DNA of 63,628 nucleotides, filler included, from Rhabdomonas costata (GCA_019059605.1; 26 parts of 26 records of this genome joined end to end with filler, not necessarily neighbours in it), one strand, 5' to 3'. Positions 36,783-51,182 are shown, numbered from the whole stretch's first letter. Made by a program: numbers and translations. Notes: a model not told the origin generated them from the letters alone.

Positions 36783-38901
36783 GGTGTTGGGTGAGATGTG
36801 GGTGAGATGAAGGCGGGCCAGGCACCACCGTTGCACACGCCCAGGGAAGTGCTGTAGCAGGAGCTGGCGAAGGAGAGCAGGAAGTCCTCCTGGGTGGAGG
36901 TCACCCCATCCGAGGTGACCTGTACCACTCTGCCAGTGCCGACACCGGGGTAGTTGGCGAAGATGATCTGAGACAGGATGGGGACAGGGGCAGAAGCCGC
37001 GAACAGGAGAATCCATAAGTTGACGACCCAAACAGATTTTTTCATGCGTCCAGGGTGCTTTCGCAGTGAATGGGGAAGGCTTAGTCAAGTGCCACACAAA
37101 AGAAACGCAGTCACCACTTTCTGCAACCATTTTTTTTTCATTTCGGCGATCAACGCGCAAGCACAAGCTCACACAGACAGGGAAAACCGCAGAGAGGATG
37201 TAACGCAAGAAAGAAAAAGGGTTGTTGTTATCCCCCCCTTTTTTTGTCTTCTGATGGGCAAAGGCGTCCCAAGGTTATCCGAACAGGAACAGGAAAAACT
37301 GAGCCTTCGAAGATCCAGCAGAACGAAAGTCCAATTCGGTAACATCACGCCGAGACTAACTTCCATTGAGGACCGACGGGCATCGGTAACATGCATACCG
37401 TGGTTTCGTTTCGAAATAAGATGACGGGGACAATAGCGGGCTTCGAAAGCACAGGCTTCAACAGCACCGCAGCAAACTTCACGCCCAGGTTGAGCCCCGT
37501 GATTGTGACATTGACGGTCCCTGTGGAGGGAATAAGAAGAGAGCCGTGCTGTTTTTGCTTACCTGTGGTATAACACTCAAGGTAGACATTTCAAACGGAG
37601 AAAACAGACGGAGCAGATTAAGTTCAGACGCAAAGGCCAGCGCGACGTCTCGAAGCGGTGGTGGGGAAGTGCCATACCTGGGCGCTTAGCACCAAGGGTA
37701 CTGTGGCCATGAGTGTGTGAGGGCATACACAGCAGATACATCCGAGCAGATACACATACAGGCAGTGAAACCGAAGGAAGCACCTGAGACGGGACACAGC
37801 GAGGTTGCCTTGGGCTGGGCGGAGGTGTCCCCGGGGCAGCCCAAAATTGCTGTCAGCACAGGCGGGAGTACAAAGGAGACTAGCACGCTGCTGGCCGACA
37901 GCCGACCCGCGACCTGAACGACACAGACATAAATAACATCGAAAGTGTGTGGTGAGGCACTGGCCGGGAGTCACTCCCTTGTTGTGTGGTGTACTCCTCT
38001 CTGTGAGGATCAGACTACCCAGGGAAGGAGAGTGTGACATCTGAGTCCTTCGCAAAGTTGTGAAGTGACCACTTGTGACTACTTCGAAGGCATGACTGTA
38101 TGGCACACGGCATATTTACACCGTATATGCCACACATATACAGGTGCTGACAATATCCTCTGCTTCTGCTTCTGCTTCTGCTTCTGCTTCTGCTTCTGCT
38201 TCTGCTTCTGCGCACTTTTCAGTTTCGGTTTCTGCTGCTGAATTCAGAAACTTCCCACCCACCCACATACATACCACAATCCCAATCGCGATGTTCGCCC
38301 CGCCTCCGGTGAAGCCCAGGCACTGCGCCGTGGTGTCCGAGAGCACGGTGGCGGAGGTGCACTCGAAGTACGCGTCTCTGCCGCGCACGCTGGCGTTGAA
38401 GAGGGCTCGCGTGGTGCCGTTCAGCGCTACCACAGAGACCCGGCCCTTCGTCAGGAACCGCGCCCCAGTGAGGGTCAGCACCTGAAGCCCACACGGCAAC
38501 TAGGTGCAGCACAGTTGGATGGAAGAGATCTGGAATAGGTGGCCTCCGACTGGGCGGAAAGGAGCTCCGGGGTTGGGGACACGGCAGCGACAGGGCAAGA
38601 TCGAACTTGTGGAAGCCAGGATCTGGGCCCAAAGATGACCGGGTAGCCTCCAAACAAGCTGAATGGGCTGGGAGGAGACGTGAAAATAAAGTGCCCACCC
38701 AGGCTTGTTCAAGTCGGACTCCCCACCTGAACGCTGAGAACACACTTGGCTCTGGTTGTTGGGCATGCACAGCACGGTGTGCGTGGGCTGGAGGTCCGTG
38801 CACCCCGATACGCCCAGCAGCACGGGGTAAGGGTCCACCAGGGTCACCACCACAGCCAGGTCGGCATCATTGGTCATGTTCCACATGTTGGTTACCCAAA
38901 C
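36783..38901 (-). CDS. IPT/TIG-like repeat surface protein, partial, about 5 exons
   Basis: Repeated P(V)LxxVxGC..TxxC..VLTLTGxxF / VTITGLNL beta-rich modules; canonical introns. Confidence 0.6.
38159..38211 (+). repeat. (GCTTCT)n microsatellite, intronic
   Basis: About 8 perfect hexamer copies. Confidence 0.95.
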
Positions 38902-39239
38902 CTGCCCCCCCCCCGAATGGAATGGTTCCGATTGGTGAGCAACGGTAAGGAGAGACGTGATGGCTCTAGGACAACCGCCACTTCGCGCACACGCACACAT
39001 CCGCACACGAACACGTAGGGCGGGTGGTGGGGCGGCACAGTGGAAAAGAGCCCGAGCGACCCAGACCGAGCGGCCGAGCGGCGTGAAGCTTGCAAGGATC
39101 AAAACACGCTTGGGTCCCTATCCCACAACAAANNNNNNNNNNNNNNNNNNNNNNNNNNNNNNNNNNNNNNNNNNNNTTAATTAATTAANNNNNNNNNNNN
39201 NNNNNNNNNNNNNNNNNNNNNNNNNNNNNNNNTTTTGGG

Positions 39240-41257
39240 GGTTGCGCCACAGGAAAGTCGGTCTGCATCCAAGTTTTCGCACAGCTGACTGGCTCTAAGG
39301 TAGTTTCCATCAACTGCTCCAGTGACACCTCTGACCAAGACATTTTGGGCAGCTACCTGCCTGTGAAGGGGGAGGGCACGCGTACATTTGACTGGCGCAG
39401 CTCTGAACTGGTCCGAGCCATCTGTCCCAGGGGAGAGGTTTCCAGCGCAATGGCAGCTTATCAGCTGTCTGCTCGCGGTCGGCCACAAAGCCGCCCTGGA
39501 AGTGCTAACCCACGATCCCGCCTGCCCCACCTCGACAAGTCAGTGGTGGTCTTTGAAGACCTCGACCAGGCGTCCACTGAGGTTCAACAGCTTGTCGTTC
39601 CCTTTCTGGATACCCGGCACCCCGTGCTTTTTGTTGAAGACAGAGCTGTACCCGTGGACTGCGCCCACATTGCCATGTTCGCCACTCGGACGACCACTGA
39701 GATGGCCGCTTCGGCGTCGAGGTTGGTTGTCTCTCAGCACCTTGTTGTGTCCCAGCAGGACGCTCTGAGCGGCGCCGAGGTGGGAGCCATTGCCTGGAAA
39801 TATCTCAGCATGTGTGGGCTTGAGGAGCCGGTATTTGAAGAGCTCCTGGGGAGCCTGTTGGAAGAGCTTCCCAAAATGCTCCAACACAAGGAAAGTGACG
39901 AGGTGCAGAGCTTCAACCTGCGGGACGTACTGAAGTTCTGCGAGGTATTCCGCAACCTGAAGAGTAACTGTAGCCACATCCTTCTGGCGGATCCCATTCT
40001 TTTGGGCTGCTATGCCGCCCTAATGGTATTTTCGGAGTGCCACCTCCACCGCGAAGATCGCGAGCGTTCTCGCGAGTACATTATCACGAAGCTCGGAGTG
40101 AGCCCCGCCAAGCTCTTCCCGCTGAACATCAGCAACGACGGGACCATCGGTCATCTTCAGCTTCGGAGGAACGCGTTTGGGGAGGAGCCCGGGCACGCCA
40201 TCGGGGAAGGCCGGTTCGTGTACACGAGGCACTCCACTCGGCAGCTGCAGAAGCTAACGATGCTCGTCATCAGCCGCCTGATGGTTATTCTGGAGGGCCC
40301 GACGTGCAGCGGGAAGACTGAGCTGATCCTGGAGCTGGCTGCGCTGTGTCGGCAGAAGCTGGAGATCATCCCGGTGCATGCCGAGACCGAGATCAGCGAC
40401 CTCCTCAGTGGGTTCAAGCCCCTCATCGTGGGCGGGGATGGCCCTGCCTGCGCTGAGCTCAACGCGGTGATTGGGCTTCTGGTGAATAAGATGAAGAAGT
40501 CCGAGGTTCTGGCATTTTCGATGGAAATGATGAATGCGGTACGTGTGCTCTGGGCCGCTGTATGTGGTGTTGGGTTTGGTGCTGACATTCCCTGTGTGGG
40601 GTAGAATGATTTCGTTTTTCACAGGGAAATGAGTGGAAATCTATCGTGGCGGTGGTTCGGGATTATGTCCAGCGCTCTGAAGATTCGGAACTTGAGACTC
40701 GCTTTGATGCGCTGCTTTGCTACGAGAACATCGACCGCGAGGCGTTCTTTTTGGCTGAAGGTGCGCTGATTCCGGAACTCTCCTGGAGACCAGGCGCTCT
40801 GCTTCTTTGACCTCTTTTGATGGAAGGCAATACTTGTCATGCCACCGGGAACCATAAAGACCTTTGTCTGAAGGGGCTTAATTGGGCGAGTATGCACAGG
40901 ACCCGTGACTTTTGGTTGTACCGCTTTCCATTGTGGATTTGTCGCCAAATGGACCGCACTGAGGTTTTCGCATTTCTGGTGCGGCGTGTGGGAGTATAGA
41001 GTATAGGTGCTGTGTTTCAGGTCGCCTTCCCAAGGCGATGCGGCAGGGCCATTGGGTGCTTCTGGAGGGCCTCAGCCTGGCCCAGCCCAGCCTGCTGAGT
41101 TTCTTGTACCCCTACTTGGACTCTCGCCGGGATTTCGCTGGTGGAGCGGTGCACCCTGGCTTCCGCCTGCTGGCCACCAGCAACGCTGCTCGGCAGGGCA
41201 GCAATGGAGTGCCCCACGCTATTGTCAACCGCGGTCTCCGGATGTGTCTCCCCCCAG
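39240..41257 (+). CDS. Midasin/dynein-related tandem AAA+ ATPase, partial; exons to 40538, 40625-40760, 41021-41257
   Basis: Walker A ATGKS and LEGPTCSGKT, DILGSYLP, FNLRDVLKF, AMRQGHWVLLEGLSLA, HPGFRLLATSN. Confidence 0.8.
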
Positions 41258-41280
41258 GTCTGTGTGCGGCAAGGTGGTTC

Positions 41281-41319
<39 letters not shown>

Positions 41320-44300
41320 TGTAACATCTGAAATTCCTTTCCTTTGTCTTTTCTGCCTTTTTTTCTCACTGTTGCAACCGATAAGGACGCCGCAACCAAA
41401 GGCCTTTGTTTCTATAAATGAAAAGTGATTTAGATGGTAAGCACGTGATCACCCGTAAAACCTCAGAAGCTGTCTCCTTCTCCACCCGCCACATTACGCG
41501 GGGAAAAACGAGGAGCTATCCTTTTTCTATTCTTGCAGTGGACGAGGCCTGCCGCTTGCCCAAGGAACCCTCTTCCCCCCCCAACNNNNNNNNNNNNNNN
41601 NNNNNNNNNNNNNNNNNNNNNNNNNNNNNTTAATTAATTAANNNNNNNNNNNNNNNNNNNNNNNNNNNNNNNNNNNNNNNNNNNNGGTGTTGGTGCAGAG
41701 CGATTTTCCTTCGAGACCGACTTCTCTTAGCTGGTTCCTACGCATACACACGAGAAGAAATGTGTTGCATTCAACACTTTGTCTGAGGAAGTCTCTCTCG
41801 CTGTGGTCTGTTTCGCTGTGGTCTGTTTACTTAAGCTTTGCCTTTAAAGCTTTCTTCTCCTCCCTTATTCGCCCTTCTTCGACGGCGGGAAACGGGGCTA
41901 CGTCCTCAAATCCAGAAGGTCAAAGAGAACCATGCCTGAAGTATTCCTGGTGAAAAAACATGCGACGACTGACAAAGTCTTTCCAGCTTGTTCGTCAACT
42001 CGAAACCTCCGCCGTATCCCGCTCTCCCTCGTAGATGGCTTAGCAACCTTTGTAAGCCCCGAGCGCTCCAGAGCAGACATCACCCTCTGCAGCGAAGACC
42101 GGTACCGCGGGCTCAGCCCAATGTGCAGGAAAACCGCCAGCGGGGCCGCCGGGGGCTCCACCACGGGCACCACAACATTGGTGCGCGCATTGTTTGCTTT
42201 AAAGGAAAAAGCCTGCAAGCCAAGTCAGGTTCAAACAATGCACAACTGAGTGCTGAGGGAACAAATGTGAGCTCCTCCTAAGTTAAAGTTCCAACAGTGG
42301 GAAGGCAAAGCCGGGCAGAATGCTTCCGTTTCTGGAACGCGGACCACAAACAGACAAACCAGAAAACTTAGCGCTTCTCAAGTTACTCGATGTCCCGATT
42401 CCTGGATGCTCACATTTCGTGGAAAGATAAACACTACCAATTTTAGGGAGCTTACTCGCGCCCTTGCGAGAACAAGCAGCGCAGACGCCATTCGTCAATG
42501 ACGTGGCTCGCGCCCCTGCGATGACAGCTCTGATGATTAGGTCTACCGTGAAGTCATGTGCAGTGAAGTCACGCAAAGAATGCCAATAACTAGAATCGGA
42601 AGACGAATAGACCCTGCCAGCTGATTCCACCGACGCGCCGGTGTGTGCGGGTTCCCTAATCCAACTGTGTTCCCGAATTTCCAAAGTATGCTCTTAAAGG
42701 AGGAAGAAGCAGAGGCTTGTAACAGGAGTTGTTGTGTGGGGTTCGCACTCTCGCACAAGTCCATGGCTTGAAGAGCCCCGTCCCTTCGTCGGAGCGATAC
42801 CAAACGGGAAGACCTGCTAAACATAACGCAATAACGCGAAAGGCGTAAAAAAGAAGAGAACAGAAAAGACATACATCCCATCCGGGAAAAAACTGGAAAA
42901 AATGCATTTTTGTCAAATCATTCAAAAAACACTCTTACCTCCCACAAAAAAACGCGCGTTGGAGGACTAAGAGAATTGCAGTAGCATGAGCAGTGTCTCG
43001 AACACACGCGTCCTTCGTGGGGGTGGACAACAGGTATGGGGAAACACTCGCTGAGTTTTCTCTTTTATTGCTCTAACACTGAGCACTGAATCGAAGCTGA
43101 CAAGAAGAGTAATAGATTTCTTGGTGTGGACTGTCCAAAAGTAAGAAATGTCAGCGAAAAGGCATCATGTCAGTGATTTCAGACTTTTTCTCTGAAGGTT
43201 AAGGGAAGTTTGAAGGTCGACTGGCCATAAATTGGAGGATCGACAAACACGGGAGTTTGAAAGGTGTAAACTATTAAAGAGCTGGTAGGGCTGAGACAAA
43301 CAGTACCAAATCAAGAAATCAAGGAGAGGGAACTCGTCCCGACGTCATCGCAGGAACAATGCACAGTGATGTCCCAGTCCAGGAAAACCTGTATGTCCGC
43401 ACCATACCCGGCATTGCGGTCTTTCACCATTTACAACACAACGTTTGCCACTTTGACTGCACACGTGTTGGAGTGTATACGTTCAGACCAATCACTGTTA
43501 TAAACTTCGATTTACAACCGGATTGAAAAAAGCACCAAACGCTCTAGAAGAAATGCATTGCCCTGGGGTCAGGTTCACATTTCACTGTGGTATGGCATCA
43601 GGTCTTGGCTAAGTGCATGTGTTTAGATGGTGACCTCAGTCTACGTACGTCCCTGCATACACCCTACGCTTGGTTTCAGGATGGCCCTCAGAGTGGTGGC
43701 CTCACGACATGTGCTCGTACCATGGGCCCCCGGCCTCTGCGTATGGGTTATGCGCTCTGGGTGGAGGCATCCGAGCAGGGGCATGGCACGCTATGCATCA
43801 CGTATGGCCTATATGTGGAACTGACACAAGGCCTGGAGGATGTTGGTGGGCATCTGCATTTCCGCGTGGGGTTATAAGTTGACATTTTGTGACCCGAAAC
43901 CACAGTGCTTACGGTGGGTCGGTTAGGTGTGTATATGTGCTCTGCCTGTATGCGTGTGGTTATGTGGTTGTGGTGGGGTGTTTATCTTGCGCAACCGGTT
44001 GCTGGTGATGCAAGATAAACACCCCACCAAAACCCNNNNNNNNNNNNNNNNNNNNNNNNNNNNNNNNNNNNNNNNNNNNTTAATTAATTAANNNNNNNNN
44101 NNNNNNNNNNNNNNNNNNNNNNNNNNNNNNNNNNNTTGTTTTGGTTTGGTTTGCTGTACGCTTTGCTGTACTCATTCGCGGATGCAGTGCTGGGCAGTGC
44201 TGGAGTTGATCTCCAATAAGTCGGGTTGCGCTGCGAGAAACCGCAGGAATTAGATTACTGCCTGGCTTCCGCTTAACTTTTGCGTAATAATGTTTAAACG

Positions 44301-45300
44301 GACGTCGCACCACGCGCTGCAGATACTCTCAGTGCACCCGAGGCTGCAAAAATATAGCGCATGAGAGTGCATGTGTGTGGGCATATAGGTGTAGTTATGG
44401 GGGTTTTCTAGGGGGGCGCACGGCGCATGAAAACAGGAAGTTTTTTTTTCGATTTTCTCAAACTGCGGATGCCCATCACTGAGGTGGCGACTCCCCTCCT
44501 GGCCTTTTTGTTTCTTTGTGAGCGTTTTGAGCCATTAGCCAGCAACACCCGGGACCGCACCCACCGAACGCCGCCAAAAAGAGGACGCCCACCCATTCCG
44601 GGCGAAATCCTATTCGACAGCGGACAATTGTAACAGCCCATCCTCGCAATGCGAACCTGTTTCGTCCGAAGTTTCTGCCCCATTTGTTAGCCCGGGCAGC
44701 TCGTCTTCGGCGGGTCGGAACATTGCGCTTCACCCGGGCGCGCGTTGTCTTGTTCCATTCCGCTGGTTTCACCGCACGAACCGATCCAATGCGCGAACCG
44801 ATGTTGCTCAAAGAATCTTTCGGCGCGCCGCGCCTCGGACCCAAGCAATGACGCGTTTGATGTTCGTAGTCGGTTCGTTCTGATTTGCTAAAACTGCTCG
44901 GGCCCTGAACTTCCCTGTGTCACGGTCCAGATCACCCAGGTGTTCCATATTCATAGACAGAGGAGAAAAGTCACATGCGTGGGTCATAGACATTTTGCAG
45001 ATTTCCAAAGTGCCCTTTTGTCAAGGGTCAGCTGATACAGAAGTCGAAGCTTAGCTCCTCGTGAACCAGCTCCTGGCCAGGCCATGGGTCAGGCTATATA
45101 TCAACCAGAGAATGCACAGACAATCAATGCATTTCCCGCATGTGCTGCCAGCATTGATGGCGGTGGCTGAAACTGGAAAGGAAAGCTTCAACATTGCGCC
45201 TTCTCGTCAGATACGACGACAATTGACAGTGAAGTAGCTCACTGCAATCCGCTATTCCGTTGCTCTCCTGACGTGAACGATGCATATCACAGCAGCACAC

Positions 45301-46276
45301 TTCCACGTGGCTTGGCCCACCCCGTCGTACACCACGGCCACCCCCTTGCCCGTCGCCGCCTTCGCGGCCTGCACCACTTCCCCGTACCGCACCGCAACAT
45401 CCGCGCCCAGCTCGACGGCCAGCTTGCCCTTCTCCGGGGTGGAAGTCGTGGCAATCACCTTCGCCCCAACAAGCTTCGCGATCTGCAGCAGGAGCTGCCC
45501 CGTGCCCCCGGCCGCGGAGTGCACGACGCACCAGTCCTGTGAGAAACCATCCACAAGAACCCGCGACAAGTGGAGTCCCTAATAATCCTCCTCTCCGGCG
45601 CACTCGAGTGACTAATTCGAACAGCAACCATATATTCTTCAACAACTCCAAAACAACATCAGCAAACAGTACAGTGACAAAGGTTCGGCCTACAGCACTG
45701 CGGCAAAACTGCAAAGAGAGAGGAGGGCAGAACACAAAGAAACCAGCAAGGTGTGTCAACCCACAGAAAAGCAAATTAGCAACGCATTATGCCCTGTTCC
45801 GTATCTGAGAGTAGTCCAGTTTCTGATTCTCAAGAGTCAGGGCGCAACCTCATCCACGGAATGAGCCTGACCAGAGAAACCTGCAAGGCCAATGGAAAAA
45901 TATAATCAACTGCACACATGAAACCAGCGTTCCCGCAACGCACCCCGGCCTTCAGCGGAAACGTCGATCGTGCCAGGTAGTGCGCCGTCATGCCCTGCAG
46001 AAGTACCGCCGTGGCCAGCCGCACCTCCAGCCCTGCAGGGACTTTCACCACACTGCTGGCCTCCACCGCCGTGTACTCGGCGTAGCTGTTGGGCGCGAAG
46101 TACACCACGGGGTCGCCTTCCCGCAGGCCCAGCTCCGCAGGGACATCGGGCCCCAGCTTTGCGATCACCCCGCCCCCCTCCGTCCCCAAAACGAAGGGCC
46201 TTTCCCGGGGGTACAACCCGCTACGGTGGTAGGTGTCGATAAAGTTCAGTCCAGCAAAAGAGTTCTTCACCAAGAC
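45301..46276 (-). CDS. NADPH:quinone oxidoreductase (zeta-crystallin/QOR, MDR family), partial; exons 46276-45944 and 45536-45301
   Basis: GLNFIDTYHRSGLYP, LGTEGGG, LLQGMTAHYL, VHSAAGGTGQ, VVYDGVG. Confidence 0.92.
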
Positions 46277-46710
46277 CTGAACGTCAGAGAAGCAGAGTGG
46301 GATGTCCACTACGCAGACCTCCCTCGAAAAAAAGAAAGGTCAAACCTCAAAAGCAAACGCCCTGCGTCGGGAAGGGACTCAAATCTCTACTTAGCCACCA
46401 TCCCACGGGGCGACTATGCTTCTTTATGCATGCACCAAGCGACCCTCGGAAGGAAAGGAATCGAGATGAAAACGCTATGCGCAGGNNNNNNNNNNNNNNN
46501 NNNNNNNNNNNNNNNNNNNNNNNNNNNNNTTAATTAATTAANNNNNNNNNNNNNNNNNNNNNNNNNNNNNNNNNNNNNNNNNNNNGGTTGTGTGGTCAGT
46601 TCTTCTCGTTTCCTCTGCTCCTGGAACTTCAATCGTCCTGCTACCTCACCACACTAGCCTGGTTCTCGAGAAGGCGGAGGGACACGACCCTGTCTGTTTG
46701 TCATTTCCAG

Positions 46711-46974
46711 GGTCATGTGGCCTATCACGGCCCTGCCAAGGACGCGGTGGCGTACTTCGAGAAGCTGGGATTCCAGTGCCCCGCGGACATGGACACGGCG
46801 GACTTCCTGCAGCAGGTGGTGACCTCTGCTGGGAAGGCCTACCTTACCCCCGAGGCCCAGGCCAGCGGCATCGCGCCCGCCACCCCAGCGCAGTTCGCTA
46901 CAGCGTACTACGGCAGCGCAGTGTTCCAGGCGATGGAGACCCGAGAGATCCCAGGCCACACACATGCCGGAGAG
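46711..46974 (+). CDS. PDR/ABCG transporter exon (end of first nucleotide-binding domain)
   Basis: GHVAYHGPAKDAVAYFEKLGFQCPADMDTADFLQQV matches the PDR motif GxxxYxGP..YFExLGFxCP..ADFLQxV. Confidence 0.88.
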
Positions 46975-48180
46975 GTGTCGACACACATCACCCCAGCTCA
47001 CAGAGGCCGATGGCTGTCAGTGTTTTTTTTTGTGTGTATCCTCTGAACAGAGTAATGCGTTTCCACGTTTCGGACGTCCCAAGGGTTCGCGCAGAGTTGT
47101 TTAGTTCACTTATCGCGGTACGCTGATTGTGTCATCCCCAAGCCCGGTGATTTTTTTTCGTTTTGTGCCGCAATAGTTTTGATTGATTGCTTCGCGTGCG
47201 CGGTGCACTTTTCTCGGCATGGAGGTTCTCACTTTTTGTACGTACGCGTATTCACTTTCGTCTTTCACCGCAGCTTGCTCCGCAGCATCCTCTGGAGCGG
47301 AGGCTGTACACGAAGTTCCCGAACTCTTGGCGTATGTGGGCTGGTGGGCAGTGTGGGACTGATTGATGCCAGGTTGCCAGTGAAAGCCAGATGTCCGGTC
47401 TGAGGGCTGAAGGGCACCCCCCCCAGAGAACCCAAATGTACCTGCCGCCCTGGAGATAATTGGTCGCATTGCTCTAGTCATCCCGAGAACAAAATAAGGG
47501 GAACAAGAACACTTGAACCTTGGTGCCTTTGGAAGGTCAGCCTGTTTGGCCGGGGCCAGGGAGTGTTTGGGGTTGTTATGGGTACGGGTATGTTTTGCCT
47601 CCCCCCTCCATTTGGTCACAAAGAGCTCATCGTCCACTGAATATTGCAGAACAAGAATTGGGCCAGCGGAAGGCAGTGAAGGTTGTTTCATGTTCACCCC
47701 CACACACACACACACGCACACACCTCCCCTTACACACGTATCACACCTTCCCAGTGAACTCGTTATTTATTTAACCCTGCCTCACACGAGAAAAATTTAT
47801 GTGCCTGGCGAACAATATATAGGGGGTGCCCCCCCTCCGGAGGAACACATGTTTCATCGGGAACTAATGAAAGCCGAAGAGGAAGTCGAAATGTGTACAA
47901 ATGTGTACGAACAGAAGTGGAGTCGTGCTTTTCCCTTGCACCTTCGGCAGGAAAGCAGCCTAGAAAGCACCTTGCCGGTTTCCCTGTGGTTTCCCTGTGG
48001 TTTCCCGCTGGTTTCCCGAAGTGCGATCCGGAAGTCTCCTCACTGGGACCTTTGTTTTGACTTTTCTAAGGCATGTTTGCATTGGTGTCCTTCGCTTCTG
48101 TACGCGACTCCCGTCTCTCTCACCGCCCTTCCCGACTACCGCCGCATCTATTGTATCCCGCCACAACCCCCGCTTCTCTT

Positions 48181-48337
48181 TCTTCTTCTTCTTCTTCTTC
48201 TTCTTCTTCTTCTTCTTCTTCTTCTTCTTCTTCTTCTTCTTCTTCTTCTTCTTCTTCTTCTTCTTCTTCTTCTTCTTCTTCTTCTTCTTCTTCTTCTTCT
48301 TCTTCTTCTTCTTCTTCTTCTTCTTCTTCTTCTTCTT
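48181..48337 (+). repeat. (TTC/GAA)n microsatellite, about 52 units
   Basis: Uninterrupted trinucleotide run. Confidence 0.98.
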
Positions 48338-51182
48338 TGTGTTCCTGCACGCTCTGTTGAACTCTGGTGCTGTGATGCCACAATAAAGAACAACGAAGAA
48401 GAAACACTTGGTGGATATTGCGTGATGGTCAGGTGATCATAGAGGGAAAGTGTGAAAAAAGCGGAGAACGCGTGCCGTGGATTTAGTGTGCTTGAAAGGA
48501 ACAAAAAAGGGGGGAGGAACGTGTACATTACCGACGAAGAAAGGCGAAATGAGCACACACAAAAAACATGTTGGTTTTGCAACAAACACCGTGCCGAGTC
48601 TGGCACTGTGAACAACAAACACTGCACAGCAAGCAGCGATGTACAACCAAACCAGCACCTGGTTTGGACACAGCATGCATTCGCGGAACAGCGTTGGAAA
48701 TGTGGAAAGGTTACTTGCGAAATTCGAAGGTTGTGATAAAAGACTGAGGCCGACGAAAGTAGGGAAGATCGCGCCAAATCCGGACCCTTAGATGGTTGTC
48801 CTCCTCGATGCCATGCCCCAGCATCCTTCACACTGGTCACGGTCTGGACCCCACTCCCAACCAACCGTCCTTTCTGCCTCCACGACTGGAGTGACTCCCC
48901 GCGGCCTCCGCCAACAAACGTCAGCCCGGCACCAATGGAGNNNNNNNNNNNNNNNNNNNNNNNNNNNNNNNNNNNNNNNNNNNNTTAATTAATTAANNNN
49001 NNNNNNNNNNNNNNNNNNNNNNNNNNNNNNNNNNNNNNNNGGAACCCTCAACCCTTGTATGCATTGTCCCATGAGGGATTGCGTGCCTTTGTCATTCGTA
49101 TGCGTGTAACCTCACAGGGAAGAGGTGATGGTTGCAGCATGAATATTATCTTTTGATTGATTATGACATCCCAAAGTGAGTTACAATTTTGGCAATCATT
49201 GCCTTAAGTTCGTAAGGGGGATTACTTACACCCCCCCCCCTCCCGATAAATCAGTCAAGTGTCGCTGACATTTTGGATTTTGGATTCGAGGGACACGAGC
49301 CCAACGTACCAGCGTTGCTCCGCTTTCACGAGCGGGTGGGGCCGCCGGACAGATGTAGTTCGGAAGGCAGTAGGGAGCCGTGATATCGGAAATGTCGTGC
49401 CAGGGCACCCGTCAACTCTTCTCCCCATAAGTTTGTGATTCCGTTTGTTTACGTGTGCTGCTCTGTTTTATGCCATTGCGCGCCTTTTCATCTCGACATT
49501 GGCAACTTTGGGTCTCCTTTGGGTGCTTCTGCCCCTTTCCCGCCTGCTCCGTGGAGCGTCCTGCAAACCGAGGGGCTACGCGCGCACAACCCCCGCCCCC
49601 CACAGACACACGTGCTGCATGGGTGCGTTAGTTTCTCAGAAAGGTCGTGCCCCAAAGGGTGGAGACGTTACTGGTGGTTGACTGTCTCTTCACAGTGCAG
49701 GTTGTACCCTGTACTCATTTGTTGATAAGCACACGCCCACACACATACACCATACTCGCATACAGTGAACACGCATGTTCAACTGCAAGAAGGTATCCAT
49801 GGACACCTGTTCCTACGTTCTCTCCCCTTCCCCCTCCCCCCAGACACACGTATACTATTCCTGTACGAAGGGTGTTTCCCTTTGAGCTGCTCGCTCTTCG
49901 TTTGGGGATGAGCGAATCATTTTCATTCCCGAGAGGAGAGGTCCCCGAGCACGAGCACACCGAGCCTCAGTTCCGAGCAGAGCTGTGGTCGCCTTTGGTT
50001 CCAACTGTCTTTTGTGATGTTTTTTAATACTTCCCGAGGAGAAGAATGCTCCGTGTACGCGCAAGCGATTGCCAACAGATCGTGCAGAAACTTACAGGAG
50101 GTTGGATGGTAATTGCACGCAGACCATCAAGGTCACATCACCTCACTCCTGTCCCCCCCCCCCACGTCCCTACTCGGGCTTTATGGGGGCATCGTGCGGG
50201 TGTGTGCTCCTAAATTCGCGCTGAATGGGCTGCTCTCTCTGTTTTATAACGCCATGGCGGCTTCTGGGCCGCCTCGGCATCTTTTCCGCCGAGAGTCGTT
50301 GCGCTTGGTTTTTGTCACCTCTTTGGGAGAGAGAATGAAAAGTAGAGCGATGAGTTTGCTGAGCCAGGAGGTCACCTTTGAGGGCCTCGGCCCTGCCGGT
50401 GACCACCTGTCAGTGCACCACTCCCAGCAGTTCATTCATCGTTATTTGTCGTCGTTTGTGTCGGGTTGTGCCGCTGTCTTGGTGAGGAAAACAATAATCT
50501 TTGGTCCCCAGAGGGCCCCCCCCACTACTTCTTTTGTTTTGTATACGCGTGCATACTATCAGCCTGTATGCATCAGTTTCCAGTTATTTTCCCTGGAGAT
50601 CTCCAGATCTTTGTATCCACGGTCCCTCCCCCAGTGCAGTGCTTGTCTTGAACACAAAAGCTTCCCTCTGAGCTTTGAGAAACGCCCTTGTTGGTATGAA
50701 ACCAGAGAATGAAAACCTGCAGCTTGCTGTGCTGCAGCTTTTGGCTTCGTAATTTCGAGGGACCGTTGCATTTTCATTGGGAAATAGGCTGTCTGCTCGT
50801 TGTCTCCCATGGCCTCGCTCCACCGTTTGCCCGATGTCGGGTGAATGGCATGGCGATATTTCGTGTCAAGATGTACCGAGGTACATTTTTTCCCAACCTC
50901 ATTTTGCCCCACACCCGGTGTAAACTGAAAAGCAAACAAATTCTGGACGAAGGTTTCCTGTAAAAATCAAAACGAAGAAAGTCAATTGCAAAGCCAATTA
51001 TAATCCAAAGTCCTGGACTTGGGCAGCTTCACCGTGCAAAAGATGCTCTGGGTTTTGTTAAGGCTTGATCGTATGGCGCGGAACAACGTTTGCTGCGCCC
51101 CCCTGATCTTGCACCTGTTCTCTTCCATCTTGACGCAAGTCTCTTCTCGAGGTTTTGTGAGCAATTAGCGAATGGCCAGTAG

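Noticed and set aside
41898-42881. Possible membrane-anchored glycosyltransferase exons (AVFLHIG..ALERSGL)
   Set aside because: I could not build a phase-consistent gene model, and the similarity is too slight to call.
43971-44029. 20-bp perfect inverted repeat with an inner palindrome
   Set aside because: Sits at a contig end in an apparently amplified library, so a fold-back artefact is as likely as a real hairpin.
47513-48864. Long ORFs with poly-L, -F, -S, -E or -R tracts
   Set aside because: Products of the stop-free (TTC)n microsatellite.
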